The position numbers were made by a program, and so were the translations under genes. DNA of 61,747 nucleotides, filler included, from Pirum gemmata (taxonomy: Eukaryota): the NCBI GenBank assembly GCA_002812295.1. It is 21 parts of 21 records of this genome, joined end to end, with 100 filler letters (N's around TTAATTAATTAA, not from the genome) between each part and the next. Parts side by side here need not be neighbours in the genome. Positions count along the whole stretch, not along the records: positions 1 to 2,771 come from PDIN01004625.1; positions 2,872 to 5,653 come from PDIN01004626.1; positions 5,754 to 8,512 come from PDIN01004627.1; positions 8,613 to 11,367 come from PDIN01004628.1; positions 11,468 to 14,269 come from PDIN01004629.1; 16 more parts are not named here. One strand, given 5' to 3'. Positions within the stretch are counted from its first letter, which is position 1. The number at the start of each line of letters is the position of its first letter. The notes beneath the pieces were generated by a model that searched no databases, was not told the DNA's origin, and worked only from the letters and a program-made list of their open reading frames with translations. This document shows positions 1 through 11,798 of this stretch, piece after piece.

Positions 1-2345
1 TTATCGTTATCGTTATGATTATGATTATGATTATGATTATGATTATGATTATGATTATGATTATGGTTATGATTATTGATTATGACTATGATTTCGGTCA
101 TGGTTATCGTTATCGTTATGATTATGATTATGATTATGATTATGACTATGATTATGATTATGATTATGGTTATGGTTTTGATTATGGTTATGGTTATGAT
201 TATAATTATTGTAATGATTATGATTATGGTTATGGTTATGATTATGGTTATGATTATAATTATCGTTACGGTTATGTTATGATTATGATTATCGTTATAG
301 TTATGGTTGTGGTAATGGTTATGATTATGATTATGATTATGATTATGATTATGATTATGATTATGATTATGGTAATGGTTATGATTATTATTATGGTAAT
401 GGTTATGATTATGATTATGATTATGATTATGATTATGATTAAAATTATAATTATGATTATGATTATGGTTATGATTATGGTTATAGCAATGGTTATGATT
501 ATGATTATGATTATGTTATGATTATGGCTTTGATTATGATTATTAATATGATTATGATTATGATTATGGTTATGGTTATGGTTGTGGTTATGGTTATGAT
601 TATGATTATGGTATGGTTACCGTTATGATTCTAATTCTGATTCTGATTATGATTATGGTTATGGTTATGGTTATGGTTATGGTTATGATTATGGTTATGG
701 TTACGATTATGGTTATGGTTACGATTTTGGTAATGATTATGATTATGATTAGGATTATTGATATGTTTATGCTATGATAAAGATAATGGTTATGATTATG
801 ATTATGATTATTGTTAAGGTTATAGTTATGATTATGATTATGATTACGATTATGGTTAGGGTTATGGTTATGGTAAGGATAATGGTTATGATTATGATTA
901 TGATTATTGTTATGGTTATGGTTATGACTATGGTTATGATTATTATTATTATTATGGTTATGGTTATGGTTATGGTAATGATAAGGGTTATGACTATGAT
1001 TGTGATTATTGTTATGATTATGGTTATGATTATGATTATGATTATGATTATTATTATGGTTATGGTCATGGTTATGGTAATTATAATGGTTATGATTATG
1101 ATTATGATTATTGTTATGGTTATGGATATGATTGTGATTATAATTATGATTATGATTATGGGTTTGGTTATGGTTATGGTAATTATTGTAATGATAATGA
1201 TTATGATTATGATTTATGATTATTGTTACGATTATGTTTATGATTATGATTATGATTATGATTATGATTATGATTATGATTATGATTATGGTTATGGTAT
1301 AATGATAATGGTTATGATAATGATTATGATTGTTGTTATTATTATGATTATGGTTATGATTATGATTATGATTATGGTTGTGGATATGGATATGGTTATG
1401 GTAATGCTAATGGTTATGATTATGATTATGATTATGGTTATGATTATGTTTATGATTATGCTTAAGATTATGGTTATGGTTATGGTTATGGTTATAGTTA
1501 TGGTTATGGTAATGATACTGGTTATGATACTGGTTATGATTATGATTATGATTATGATTATGATTATGATTATGATTAAGATTAAGATTATGATTATGAT
1601 TATGATTATGATAATGATAATGGTTATGATTATGATTATGATTATTTTTATAATTATGATTATGATTATGATTATGCTTATGGTTATTATTTTGAGTGTG
1701 GTTATGGTTATGGTTATGGTAATTATATTGGTTATGATTATGATTAAGATTATTGTTATGATTATGATTATGATTATGATTATGATTATGATTATGATTA
1801 TGATTATGATTATGGTTATGATTATGGTTATGGTTATGGTTATGGTAATGATAATGATAATGATTATGATTATGATTATGATTATGATTATGATTATGAT
1901 TATGATTATGATTATGGTTATGATTATGATTATGGTTATGGTTATGGTTGTGGTAATGATAATTGTTATGATTATGATTATGATTATTGGTATTGTTATG
2001 GTTATGATTATGATCATGATTATGATTATGATTATGATTATGGTTATGGTTATGGTAATGATAATGGTTATGATTATGATTACGATTATTGTTATGATTA
2101 TGATTATGATTATTATTATTATTATGGTTATGGTTATGGTCATGGTAGTGATAATGGTTATGATTATGATTATGATTATAGTTATGATTATGATTATGAT
2201 TATGATTATGATTATGGTTATGGTTATGGTTATGGTAATAATAATGATAATGGTTATGGTTATGTTTATTATTATTGTTATGGTTATTGTTATGATTATG
2301 ATTATGATTATGATTATGATTATGATTATGGTTATGGTTATAGTT
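1..2345. repeat. Degenerate hexamer microsatellite (ATGATT/ATGGTT)n, intronic to the TBC exon
   Basis: Direct reading; lies just downstream (minus strand) of the GT donor at 2352-2351. Confidence 0.95.
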
Positions 2346-2352
2346 ATTTTAC

Positions 2353-2459
2353 CTGTTATTATCTCTGATAAAAATACAAAGAAAAACGGTGATAGTAAAT
2401 CATTAATCCCTTGTACATACCCACTGGCCGGGTGCCTTATAGCCCAAGTATATAATATT
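2353..2459 (-). CDS. TBC1D22: Internal exon of a TBC-domain RabGAP, TBC1D22/Gyp1 family
   Basis: AG|...|GT-bounded 107-bp exon reads (R)ILYTWAIRHPASGYVQGINDLLSPFFFVFLSEIIT, matching the WAIRHPASGYVQGINDL signature of TBC1D22/Gyp1. Not in the ORF track. Confidence 0.92.
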
Positions 2460-2488
2460 CTTAAATATATCTTTTAAAATTTAATTAA

Positions 2489-2771
2489 TAGGGTTAGGGT
2501 TAGGGTTTAGGGTTTAGGGTTCGGGTTAGGATTAGAGTTAGGGTTAGGGTTAGGGTTAGGGTTAGGGTTAGGGTTAGGGTCACTGTTAAGGTCACGGTCA
2601 CGGTTACAGTTACGGTTACGGTTACGACTACGGTTACAGTTACGGTTAAGGTTACGGCTAATGTTACTGTTAAGGTTACAGTTACGGTTACAGTTACGGT
2701 TACAGTTACGGTTACAGTTACGGTTACGGTTACGATAACGGTTACGGTTACGGTTACGGTTACGGTTACGG
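2489..2771 (+). repeat. (TTAGGG)n grading into (TTACGG/TTACAG)n, intronic
   Basis: Direct reading. Confidence 0.93.
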
Positions 2772-2871
2772 NNNNNNNNNNNNNNNNNNNNNNNNNNNNN
2801 NNNNNNNNNNNNNNNTTAATTAATTAANNNNNNNNNNNNNNNNNNNNNNNNNNNNNNNNNNNNNNNNNNNN
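2772..2871. other. Artificial scaffold linker N44-TTAATTAATTAA-N44 (first of 20)
   Basis: Identical 100-bp linker starts at 2772, 5654, 8513, 11368, 14270, 17172, 20079, 22981, 25859, 29473, 32353, 35254, 38106, 40998, 43875, 46744, 49611, 52474, 55965, 58847; the 12-mer gives stops in all six frames. Confidence 0.98.
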
Positions 2872-4107
2872 TATTTTGTTTGGTAATTTAGTAATTTAGT
2901 TAGTTTGCTAGTTAGTTAGTTGGTTATTTTGTTTATAGTTATTTACTTAATTTTTATTTATTATTTATTATTTATTATTTATTATTTATTATTTATTATT
3001 TATATTTTTTTATTTATGTTTATTGGTTATGTATTATTTAATTATTAATTATTAATTACTAAATGATTATAATTGTTAATTATTAATTATTAATTAGTAT
3101 TTATTTATTATTTATTATTAGTTATTCACTTATTAATTAAAATTATATGTTCATTATTTATTTATTACTTACTACTTACTACTTACTATTTACTATTTAA
3201 TACTTAGAACGTATATTTATTATTTATCATTTACTATTTTTATTTTAATTTATTATTTTAATTTATTATTAAAACTTTATTATTTATTTTTTATAATTTG
3301 TTTATTTGTTATTGTTTATTGTTTATTATTTACCATTAAATTTTAACAGTAAGGAGCCATTACTTATAGGACTCTTATAGGTGTCACCCCTCCTCATACA
3401 TATCAATTTTCATTTCTTAATATATTATTATTTAATTTTTATTATAAAAGTATTTATTAATACGTTTATTGTTTATTATTATCATTATTATTCAATGTTA
3501 ACGTTATAATATTAATTATTATTATTATTAATTTTATCCCCATCTCTTCCCTAACTCAAACCCTACTAACTCATCCCTAATTCTGACGTTCCGGTCCAGA
3601 TTTCCTTAAACCTTTACCTTACCTTAACTCTAACCCTAATATAACGCTAATTAACGCCATCCCAAAGTCAAATGCTATCCCTGGTATCACCATCAGCATG
3701 ATTTCTACAACTACTTGTGTATTGTTATGTTGTTGTATTATTGTAGTTGTGTTTTTTTTGTATTAATATTAATATGTGATTCTTTTTTAAATTTAAGATT
3801 TTATTATTTTTACTTTACTTATTTAAATAAATATATACCACTGTGAACCTAATGATAAGTTAATGGTGTATGAGGTGGAATTATGTAAAGGTGAGTTATG
3901 TTTACCTAAAACCAGTAAAGCACGCAAAGTTAAATATTGTAAAAGTACTAAATCATACTAAATTAATTTAATTTTCGTTTTAAATAGAAATTATTTGTAA
4001 TTATTTATAAATTAGTCATGTTATTAACGATTTTAAAAATAAGAGCTAGAGTTATAAAAATGCACCCAGAGGTAACAAATAAGCACGTCACCCCATAGTA
4101 AAGATAA

Positions 4108-4285
4108 TCAATTGTTTTGTCATGTAAAAATATACAAAAAAGAGTACCAAATTAATACAATATAAATCCATTTCATTTAATTTGGTATATTTTATTATCT
4201 ATTTATTCATTTAAAAAAGTCAATTTAAATATCATAACATACCAAATAAATATTCGGAGTGACAAAATAAATGAAAAGCACAAAA
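4108..4285 (-). mobile_element. MITE family A copy
   Basis: Reverse complement of 5039-5226. Confidence 0.85.
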
Positions 4286-4290
4286 GTCTA

Positions 4291-5021
4291 TATCGTGTTT
4301 TTTTAAATAGCGTTGTCCAGTTCAAAAACTGAAATAAACGTACAAGTTATTATTATGGTATGTTTTTTAATTAATTTGGTATTTTATACTTTATGTTTTA
4401 TAGGGTGAAGGGTGAAGGGTGAAGGGTGAAGGGTGAAGGGTGAAGGGTGAAGGGTGAAGGGTGAAGGGTGAAGGGGGAAGGGTGAAGGGTGANNNNNNNN
4501 NNNNNNNNNNNNNNNNNNNNNNNNNNNNNNNNNNNNNNNNNNNNNNNNNNNNNNNNAGGGTGAAGGGTGAAGGGTGAAGGGTGAAGGGTGAAGGGTGAAG
4601 GGTGAAGGGTGAAGGGTGAAGGGTGAAGGGTGTATTGGGTGTATTGGGTGTGGGGTGTAGGGTGTAGGGTAAAGGGTATATAGTCTACCGGTAAAAGGCA
4701 AAAGATAAAGGGTAAAGGGTTAGGGTCGAGGGTTAGGGTTAAGGTAAGGCATCTACCCCACATCACAGTTGTAAACAAGTTCAATTATGCACTTTTAAAC
4801 TGTACCAAATTAAACTGTAATCATATAATGAAATAAGCGATAAAGTTTAGTCTACGATTAGTTTACCTACCAAATTATTATTATACCTACCCCACATCAC
4901 AGCTGTAAATAAGTTCAATTATACACTTAATCAGTACCAAATTAAACTAAACAGTACCAAATTAAATATTGAAAGAACAAGTAATGAAATAGACAATAAA
5001 ATTAGTCTAGTCTACGATTAG
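4291..5021 (+). mobile_element. MITE-like family B copy, interrupted by (GGGTGAA)n and with a duplicated 3' half
   Basis: Starts TATCGTGTTTTTT; homologous to 24993-25170 (+) and ~54610-54839 (-); 3' half occurs at 4755-4861 and 4887-5021. Confidence 0.65.
4403..4631 (+). repeat. (GGGTGAA)n heptamer array containing an N gap
   Basis: Direct reading. Confidence 0.95.
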
Positions 5022-5038
5022 TCTAGTCTACATAGTCT

Positions 5039-5226
5039 TATCGTGCTTTTCATTTATTTTGTCACTCTGAATATTTATTTGGAGGGTTATAATATTTAAA
5101 TAAACATTTTTAAATAAATAAATAAATAATAAAAGACACCAAATTAAATTAAATGGTTCATATTTTGTTAATTTGGTACAATTTATTGTATATTTTATGA
5201 TGACAAAACAGCCGAAAAGCCCTATA
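5039..5226 (+). mobile_element. MITE family A (~185 bp, ~26-bp imperfect TIR, TA ends)
   Basis: Left end TATCGTGCTTTTCATTTATTTTGTCA, right end TGACAAAACAGCCGAAAAGCCCTATA; about 13 copies or fragments in the window. Confidence 0.88.
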
Positions 5227-5258
5227 AAAGCTATCAAGACATTGGTATTTTATACTTA

Positions 5259-5431
5259 GGGAGCGTTTAAATAATATTAATACGTCACGTCAAGGGGTAG
5301 GTAGGCAGGTGGCATGGGGTAGGTAGGCAGGTGGCATTTGACCGGAAATTAGCGTCGAGGAGTAGGTAGGTAGGGGTATTTGAAACTGTATTTGACCGGA
5401 AATTGGCGTTACGTAGTATTGGAACGCTCCT
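5259..5431. mobile_element. PIF/Harbinger (Tourist-like) MITE family C
   Basis: TIR GGGAGCGTT...AACGCTCCT flanked by TTA on both sides; second truncated copy at 24174-24282. Confidence 0.8.
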
Positions 5432-5982
5432 TTAATTAAAATGTTTTATTATGTAAACATGAGACTTAAAAAACTCACATCACAGCTGTAGACAAATTCA
5501 ACTATACACTAGTACTTAGTCTAAACACTACCAAATGAAAGATTGAGAGAACCACTAGTACTGTAATCATGTAATGAAATAGACGCGATTATTATTATTA
5601 TTATCATTATTATCATTATTATTATTATTAATTATTATTAATTATTATTAATTNNNNNNNNNNNNNNNNNNNNNNNNNNNNNNNNNNNNNNNNNNNNTTA
5701 ATTAATTAANNNNNNNNNNNNNNNNNNNNNNNNNNNNNNNNNNNNNNNNNNNNTATTATTATTATTATGAACTTTTGTTTTGAAATCTGTTTTACCAAAC
5801 TGAAAAGGAAAAGACTGTTAATCGAATTAACAAACTTAATTGACCAATCAAACAGGAAAAGAAAATTTAAATCTGTTATATTATAATATTAAAAGATAAT
5901 ATTAATATTAAGTTTTATTAATCATTTTGATTTTTTATAATGACAGTTTGAAAATATTATGTATATTATATAATTAATAGTA

Positions 5983-7638
5983 TTAATAAACACCATAAAA
6001 TAAATCAACTATTCTATCAACAAAATCCTTTTCTTCATCATCCTCATCATAACCATTTTCGAAATCAAACCATTCCCGTGTAATAAACGAGCCAGGTCTA
6101 TGTTTTAACCCGGATGGCTTGGATAGTGTTTGCCGAGGGCAGTTATTCGGGGGTAGGTTTTTAACACACTCGTTTCTTGTCTTTGAAAACCCGTACCCTG
6201 GTTTACAACCGCATCGGTCAGGTTTGACAATTGTGATGGAAGGGCTTGGTTTTATAGCAATTGTAGCTGTTTTGCATCCTGGAATAGAGGAATTATCTAT
6301 ACAATAATCTTCGACAGATTTTCCCGCAACACAAGCGTTACACTTCGCATTTAAGGCTCTGCAGCAGGCTCGAGGTTTAGGTTTTTCATGAACAATCGGA
6401 CAACCAGCTAATTTTGGGCGCTTTTTACACACTTTTTCTACCGTTGTTTTCTCACCACAAGCCAAACATTGGGCAGTGAAAGCATAACAACAACCTGTTG
6501 GTGTCGGTCGTATAGGGGCTTCGCATCCTGTAATAGAGGGATGGTCTTTGCAATAATCTTGGATAGATTGACCGGCAGCACAAGCGTTGCACTTGGCATT
6601 TAATGCTCTGCAGCAGGGACGAGGTGTAGGTTTTTCATGGATAATAAGTTTGTTATTACATTCTGCAACTGCGTCTTCTACGGAGTTAAAATACTTTTTA
6701 TGAATACAACCAATATCCATCATAGGGCACCCGTCATTGATATCTTTAGAATTGCACTTATCTAACTGCCACCCGTAACCTTTTTTAACACAAACTTCAC
6801 ACGAAAAGCTAGCCAACTCAGCTTCTAGAGGTCTATTAATATTTTCTTCTTCTTCTTCGTCATTCATTATTAAATGCTTACATCCTGGCATATAAATATT
6901 CTTTTTGCAGTATTCTTCAACGCTTTGACCAGCTTGGCAAGCTTTGCATTTAGCGTTAGGCTCCTGGCAACAACCGCTACTCTGGTTTTTCGCTCCTACA
7001 TTGTCTTGTAAATTTAAAATTAATTGCTTATCAGTGTTACCATTTTCACATCCTTTTATCTTGGTATTATTTGCATTACTACAAAATTCAGAAACAGTTT
7101 GGTTACTTTTACAAGCTAAGCAACTGGCTTGAATTACTTCACAGCACACAGTGTTGGATGAATGTAATTCGGATGGTTTTGGAACAATTGTACTAGTAAC
7201 TTCTTCAAATGCTGGTAATTGAATGTTTTGTTTATCCACATCATCATTTCCACACCCTTTTATCTTCGTATTATTTGCATTGCTACAAAATTTAGAGACA
7301 GTTTGGTTACTTTTACAGGCTAAGCAGCTGGCTTGAATTGCTTCACAGCACACATTGTTGGATGAATGTAATTTGAATGTTTTTGGAACAAATTTACTGG
7401 TAACTTCTTCAAATTTTGGTAATTGAATGTTTTGTTTATCGGGATCATCATTTCCACACCCTTTTATCTTCGTATTATTTGCATTGCTGCAAAATTCAGA
7501 AACAGTTTGGTTAATTTTACAGGCTAAGCAGCTGGCTTCAACTGCTTCACAACACACAGTCCCTTCTGCGAGAACAGATTGTAAATCTAATACTGCTAAT
7601 AGATTTAAAACTGCTAAAATTAAAATTGCAATTTTCAT
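5983..7638 (-). CDS. Secreted cysteine-rich repeat protein, 551 aa, intronless
   Basis: Hydrophobic signal peptide; seven copies of CC-x6-C-x2-C-x9-C-x8/10-C; first three are ~204-bp tandem units. Confidence 0.9.
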   Translation of the reverse strand: MKIAILILAVLNLLAVLDLQSVLAEGTVCCEAVEASCLACKINQTVSEFCSNANNTKIKGCGNDDPDKQNIQLPKFEEVTSKFVPKTFKLHSSNNVCCEAIQASCLACKSNQTVSKFCSNANNTKIKGCGNDDVDKQNIQLPAFEEVTSTIVPKPSELHSSNTVCCEVIQASCLACKSNQTVSEFCSNANNTKIKGCENGNTDKQLILNLQDNVGAKNQSSGCCQEPNAKCKACQAGQSVEEYCKKNIYMPGCKHLIMNDEEEEENINRPLEAELASFSCEVCVKKGYGWQLDKCNSKDINDGCPMMDIGCIHKKYFNSVEDAVAECNNKLIIHEKPTPRPCCRALNAKCNACAAGQSIQDYCKDHPSITGCEAPIRPTPTGCCYAFTAQCLACGEKTTVEKVCKKRPKLAGCPIVHEKPKPRACCRALNAKCNACVAGKSVEDYCIDNSSIPGCKTATIAIKPSPSITIVKPDRCGCKPGYGFSKTRNECVKNLPPNNCPRQTLSKPSGLKHRPGSFITREWFDFENGYDEDDEEKDFVDRIVDLFYGVY

Positions 7639-8189
7639 ATTTTATTAATTAGTAATCAATAGGTTCTTTTTAAAAATTGAAAATGAAATACTATATTTCG
7701 CTAATTTAAATTGTTATTATTATTTGTTTTTTTGTTGAATATTTTTGTTTTTTTGTTGAATATTTTTGTTTTATTTTTTTTTATTTCTTTATTGTTATTT
7801 TGTTATTGTTGTTTGTTTTCTAAGCTTTTTAATATATATAGATTTTTTTAAGACTTAGTTTAGAACAACAGGATGTTTTTATTTTTTATTTTTTTTTTTA
7901 GAGTGAAATTATGCTGAAATAGAGTCTAGATTACTTATATTTTTATATCCACCAATTACATTCCGGTTTGATATGACCCCAAGTGTCTAATCAAAGTTCA
8001 TGACCTTTTATTTGCCAATTAAGCCCGTCTAGTCTACTTTATCTATTGGTTTTGTACTTCAGAAAAGCCCTTATTAGAATTACTATTAGGCCTACTATTA
8101 GTTTAGATGCTAGACGAGCCTATGATATGAGAGATGATATGATATATACAGATGATAAATACTATATTAACAGCCAAGTTGTAGAAACC

Positions 8190-8410
8190 TTTTTTTTAGA
8201 CTTCTTTTCTAAAAATCTTTTTTAAAAATTAAAATGCTAACTAGCCAAATTATTTTTATAAACCAGCCATTGGTTCATAATATAGTTTTCTTATCGAAAG
8301 TATTTCTCAACATTTGGTAGTACTTTCATTTTAAAATTGGATCATTTTGAGATTTTTTGGATTTTTGAGCTCATATATGGTGGATGTCGCCATTTTTATC
8401 TGGGTTGGTA
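8190..8410. repeat. Dispersed repeat family F at scaffold ends
   Basis: Diverged reverse-complement copy at 8613-8825 and a fragment at ~29400-29472. Confidence 0.7.
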
Positions 8411-8997
8411 AGTTAGTAGTTTTTTTTTTTTTTTTTTTTTTTTTCAACTTTGTAGTCAACTATGGACATCACGATGCGGATTTAGCGAAATTTTTCAAAC
8501 TAAAAAAAAATANNNNNNNNNNNNNNNNNNNNNNNNNNNNNNNNNNNNNNNNNNNNTTAATTAATTAANNNNNNNNNNNNNNNNNNNNNNNNNNNNNNNN
8601 NNNNNNNNNNNNAACACCCCGGATAAAATTGCAAAATCTGATACGAGCTCAAAATCCAACAAAATCTTAAAATCTTCCAATTTTAATGAAGTAATAACTA
8701 AATTTCAGAAATAGTTTATAACTAAAAAAAACTCTATTATGAACCAATGGCCAGTTTTTAATAATAATTTGGCCATTTTTTAATAATAATTTGGCTAGTT
8801 TTTAGAGAAGAAGTCTAAAAAAATGCTAGGAAAAAATGATTCCTGCAGTTTTATCCGGCAGTCAAAAAAAAAACATAACTTTATCATAGATAGTACTGTA
8901 CTGGGTAGTTTCTAAAACTTCCTGGACACCAAAGAGATATAGACTAGGCAGTGACTAGGCCTTGTAGACTAGACTGTCACTAATAACTCTATGATAA

Positions 8998-9185
8998 TAT
9001 AGCGCTTTTCATTTATTTTGTCACTCCGAATATTTATTTGGTTGGATATAATTTTTTAACTGACATTGTAAAATGAATAAATGGATAATAAAATATATCA
9101 AATTAATAAAATGGATTTATATTGTATTAACTTGGTACTCTTTATTGTATATTGTATGATGACAAAACAACTGAAAAGCACTATA
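8998..9185 (+). mobile_element. MITE family A copy
   Basis: Full length, both TIRs recognisable. Confidence 0.85.
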
Positions 9186-9399
9186 ATTATGATATATCAG
9201 AATCTGATATTAATTTTAAAAAAAATAAAAAAGGACTTTCTTACTGCTTTCTTTGACAGGTTTTTTTATACTCATTTTATTCTCATTTTTAACATATTTA
9301 CTATTTTATCTGTCTTTGTGCTCACATTATTAGCACTTTATAGGACTTTATAGGAGGGAATGTACTTCTTTTCCTCTCTTTTCGTTCAGGTCAGAGAAA

Positions 9400-9495
9400 T
9401 TAGGTTAGGGTTAGGGTTAGTTAGGGTTAGGGTTAGGGTTAGGGTTAGGGTTAGGGGTTAGGGTTAGGGTTAGGGTTAGGGTTAGGGTTAGGGTT
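9400..9495 (+). repeat. Interstitial (TTAGGG)n
   Basis: Direct reading. Confidence 0.95.
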
Positions 9496-9863
9496 TGCGT
9501 GTAACTATCTTACACTTTGACATCTTACCAAGTTAAAGTTAAAAAACTGAGTGTCATGGGCAAAAAATTGACCCGAAAGCAAAGTTCCGAAACAGTTAGT
9601 CAGGGTTTTTTTTCTGCAGTTTTTTCTGTTGAAGAAAAAAAAAAAAAAATGAAGCCCTATCATCAACCTGTTTTCCATCACCATCATGGCATCACCATCG
9701 ATCGATTCACCATTCACCAATCCTCCTAGACAAAGGGCCACTCTTGGGTGGTTTAACCGTTTAACATAGTGGGTGTCACCCCTCCCTAGTCACTCCTCCT
9801 GTGTCTCTGTGCTCACTGTCATATTATTAGTCACATTATCTCACATTAGCATATATTATACTA

Positions 9864-10087
9864 AGTAGGGGTGAGATATCTACTGGAACCTTTTTCGAAT
9901 AGATGCTTATCGAGCCAACCTTAGTTCCGTGTTTCTTACTAATAATATCAGTTAAATAGCTTAAAATAGTAAATCTAATTATAGTAGATATCGATTAAAG
10001 TAATAATATTAACATTAATAGTAATACCATCGGAAAAGTTCCGACAGCTGTTCGGTAATAATAAAATGACGTCATCCCACCCCTACT
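9864..10087 (+). mobile_element. MITE family E
   Basis: TIR AGTAGGGGTGAGAT...ATCCCACCCCTACT; inverted homolog at 18803-19005; superfamily unresolved (no clear TSD). Confidence 0.8.
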
Positions 10088-11798
10088 ATTTTAATCCTGG
10101 AGATTTAATCCGTCAAATTTATTTTTTGTTGAATTTTTCTGATTTGAAAATCAAACAGTTTTCAGATATATTTATTTCCTATGTTTGGAATAAAACATTT
10201 TTTCAGACAGCCAAATTACTGCCAAATTTGAGCCAATGTCAACCATTGACCTCATTGACCAGTCATTGACCACTTTCATAATATTATATAGTTTTTTTTT
10301 TTAATTTTTTTTTTAAAAAGCCGGACACATTTTCTAGCTTTGAGGCTATTAAGTAGTAGCCCCGAAAATTTTAATTATATCTCAAAATGGTAATTATTGA
10401 GGAACACATTCTACCCATATGCTACTAAGTTAATAAAAAAGTTGAAGAACAAAATTTCAGTTAGATTTAATTAAAGAATCACCTTCATAGCATTAATACA
10501 GCCCATTCTATGATTGTTTGAATATTTGCATATTATGCCCGAGGGGTTGTTTTTTTCTATAATTAATTTTTCATCTGGGACCCAAAAAACTCAATCTGGA
10601 TTTTTGGGGATTTTGGGAAAAAAATTAAATAGTAGNNNNNNNNNNNNNNNNNNNNNNNNNNNNNNNNNNNNNNNNNNNNNNNNNNNNNNNNNNNNNNNTT
10701 TTTTATTTTTTTTTTTTTTTTTTTCGAATTTTATAATTGGTAATTTATTTCGATTTTTTTTTTTTGAATGAACCAATAATTACGTCATTTTGGGCAATAA
10801 TCTACAGACTATTACTAATATAACTTTCTGCTGTATGATGTCACTATTTTTCTCCTCTCCCAAAAAAAAATATTTTTTTTTATGCATTTTGATTGAGCAA
10901 AATTTTATTTAACCAATTAAAAAAAAGAACCCTTGGCTAACATTGTTTTAGTGTTTACTTAGTGAGGGTGGACAAAGAAAAACTGTAACTTCGAGCTTTT
11001 CACTTTTTAAACACTTATATTTGTATTAATTGAATTCTACCCCCCTAATATTATTGGTGGAAATTCATTTATATACCATAAGCTTTAATTTGATACCAAA
11101 ATTTTACCCATTGACCCACTACCCCGTGAGAAACGGGGTTTCAAGAATTTCCCAATTATTCTAGTGTTGATTTTGGCCCGACCTTTAAATAGATTTGAAA
11201 TATTCGAATATATTATATAAAAAAATGTGGGAATTTTTTTTAAAAAAAAAACTAGTATGATAATTAGCATAGTATTAGCATAGACTAATATAGGAGGGAT
11301 GCCATGACGTCATAATACTAATACCAACCTAGGGTACGGCAAAAATTGAAAATTTGACTTAAATTACNNNNNNNNNNNNNNNNNNNNNNNNNNNNNNNNN
11401 NNNNNNNNNNNTTAATTAATTAANNNNNNNNNNNNNNNNNNNNNNNNNNNNNNNNNNNNNNNNNNNNTTATTATTATTATTATCACGTATTTATATGTCG
11501 ATATTATTAATTATTATTATTATCATTATTATTATAAAAATGATATCATTATATTACCAGAATACCAACATAAACAGCAACAACAATAATATTAATATTA
11601 AATAATATTAACTAATGAAATTGATATTATCGCAATAACAATAATAATAATTATATATATTTATATAGTAATAATAACAATAAAAATAACAATAATAACA
11701 ATAACAACAACGTTTTAACAATAATATAAATATTATACCACTTTATTATTTATTTATTTAATACTGGAAAACAGTATAAATAAATAATATATATAATT

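Noticed and set aside
15..2477. Long MI/DY/IT-repeat ORFs
   Set aside because: Stop-free frames of a hexamer microsatellite; the real coding signal is the 107-bp minus-strand TBC exon.
8190..8825. Large inverted repeat centred on the 8513-8612 gap
   Set aside because: Arms are diverged copies of a dispersed repeat on two separately assembled scaffolds; a third fragment ends another scaffold at 29472.
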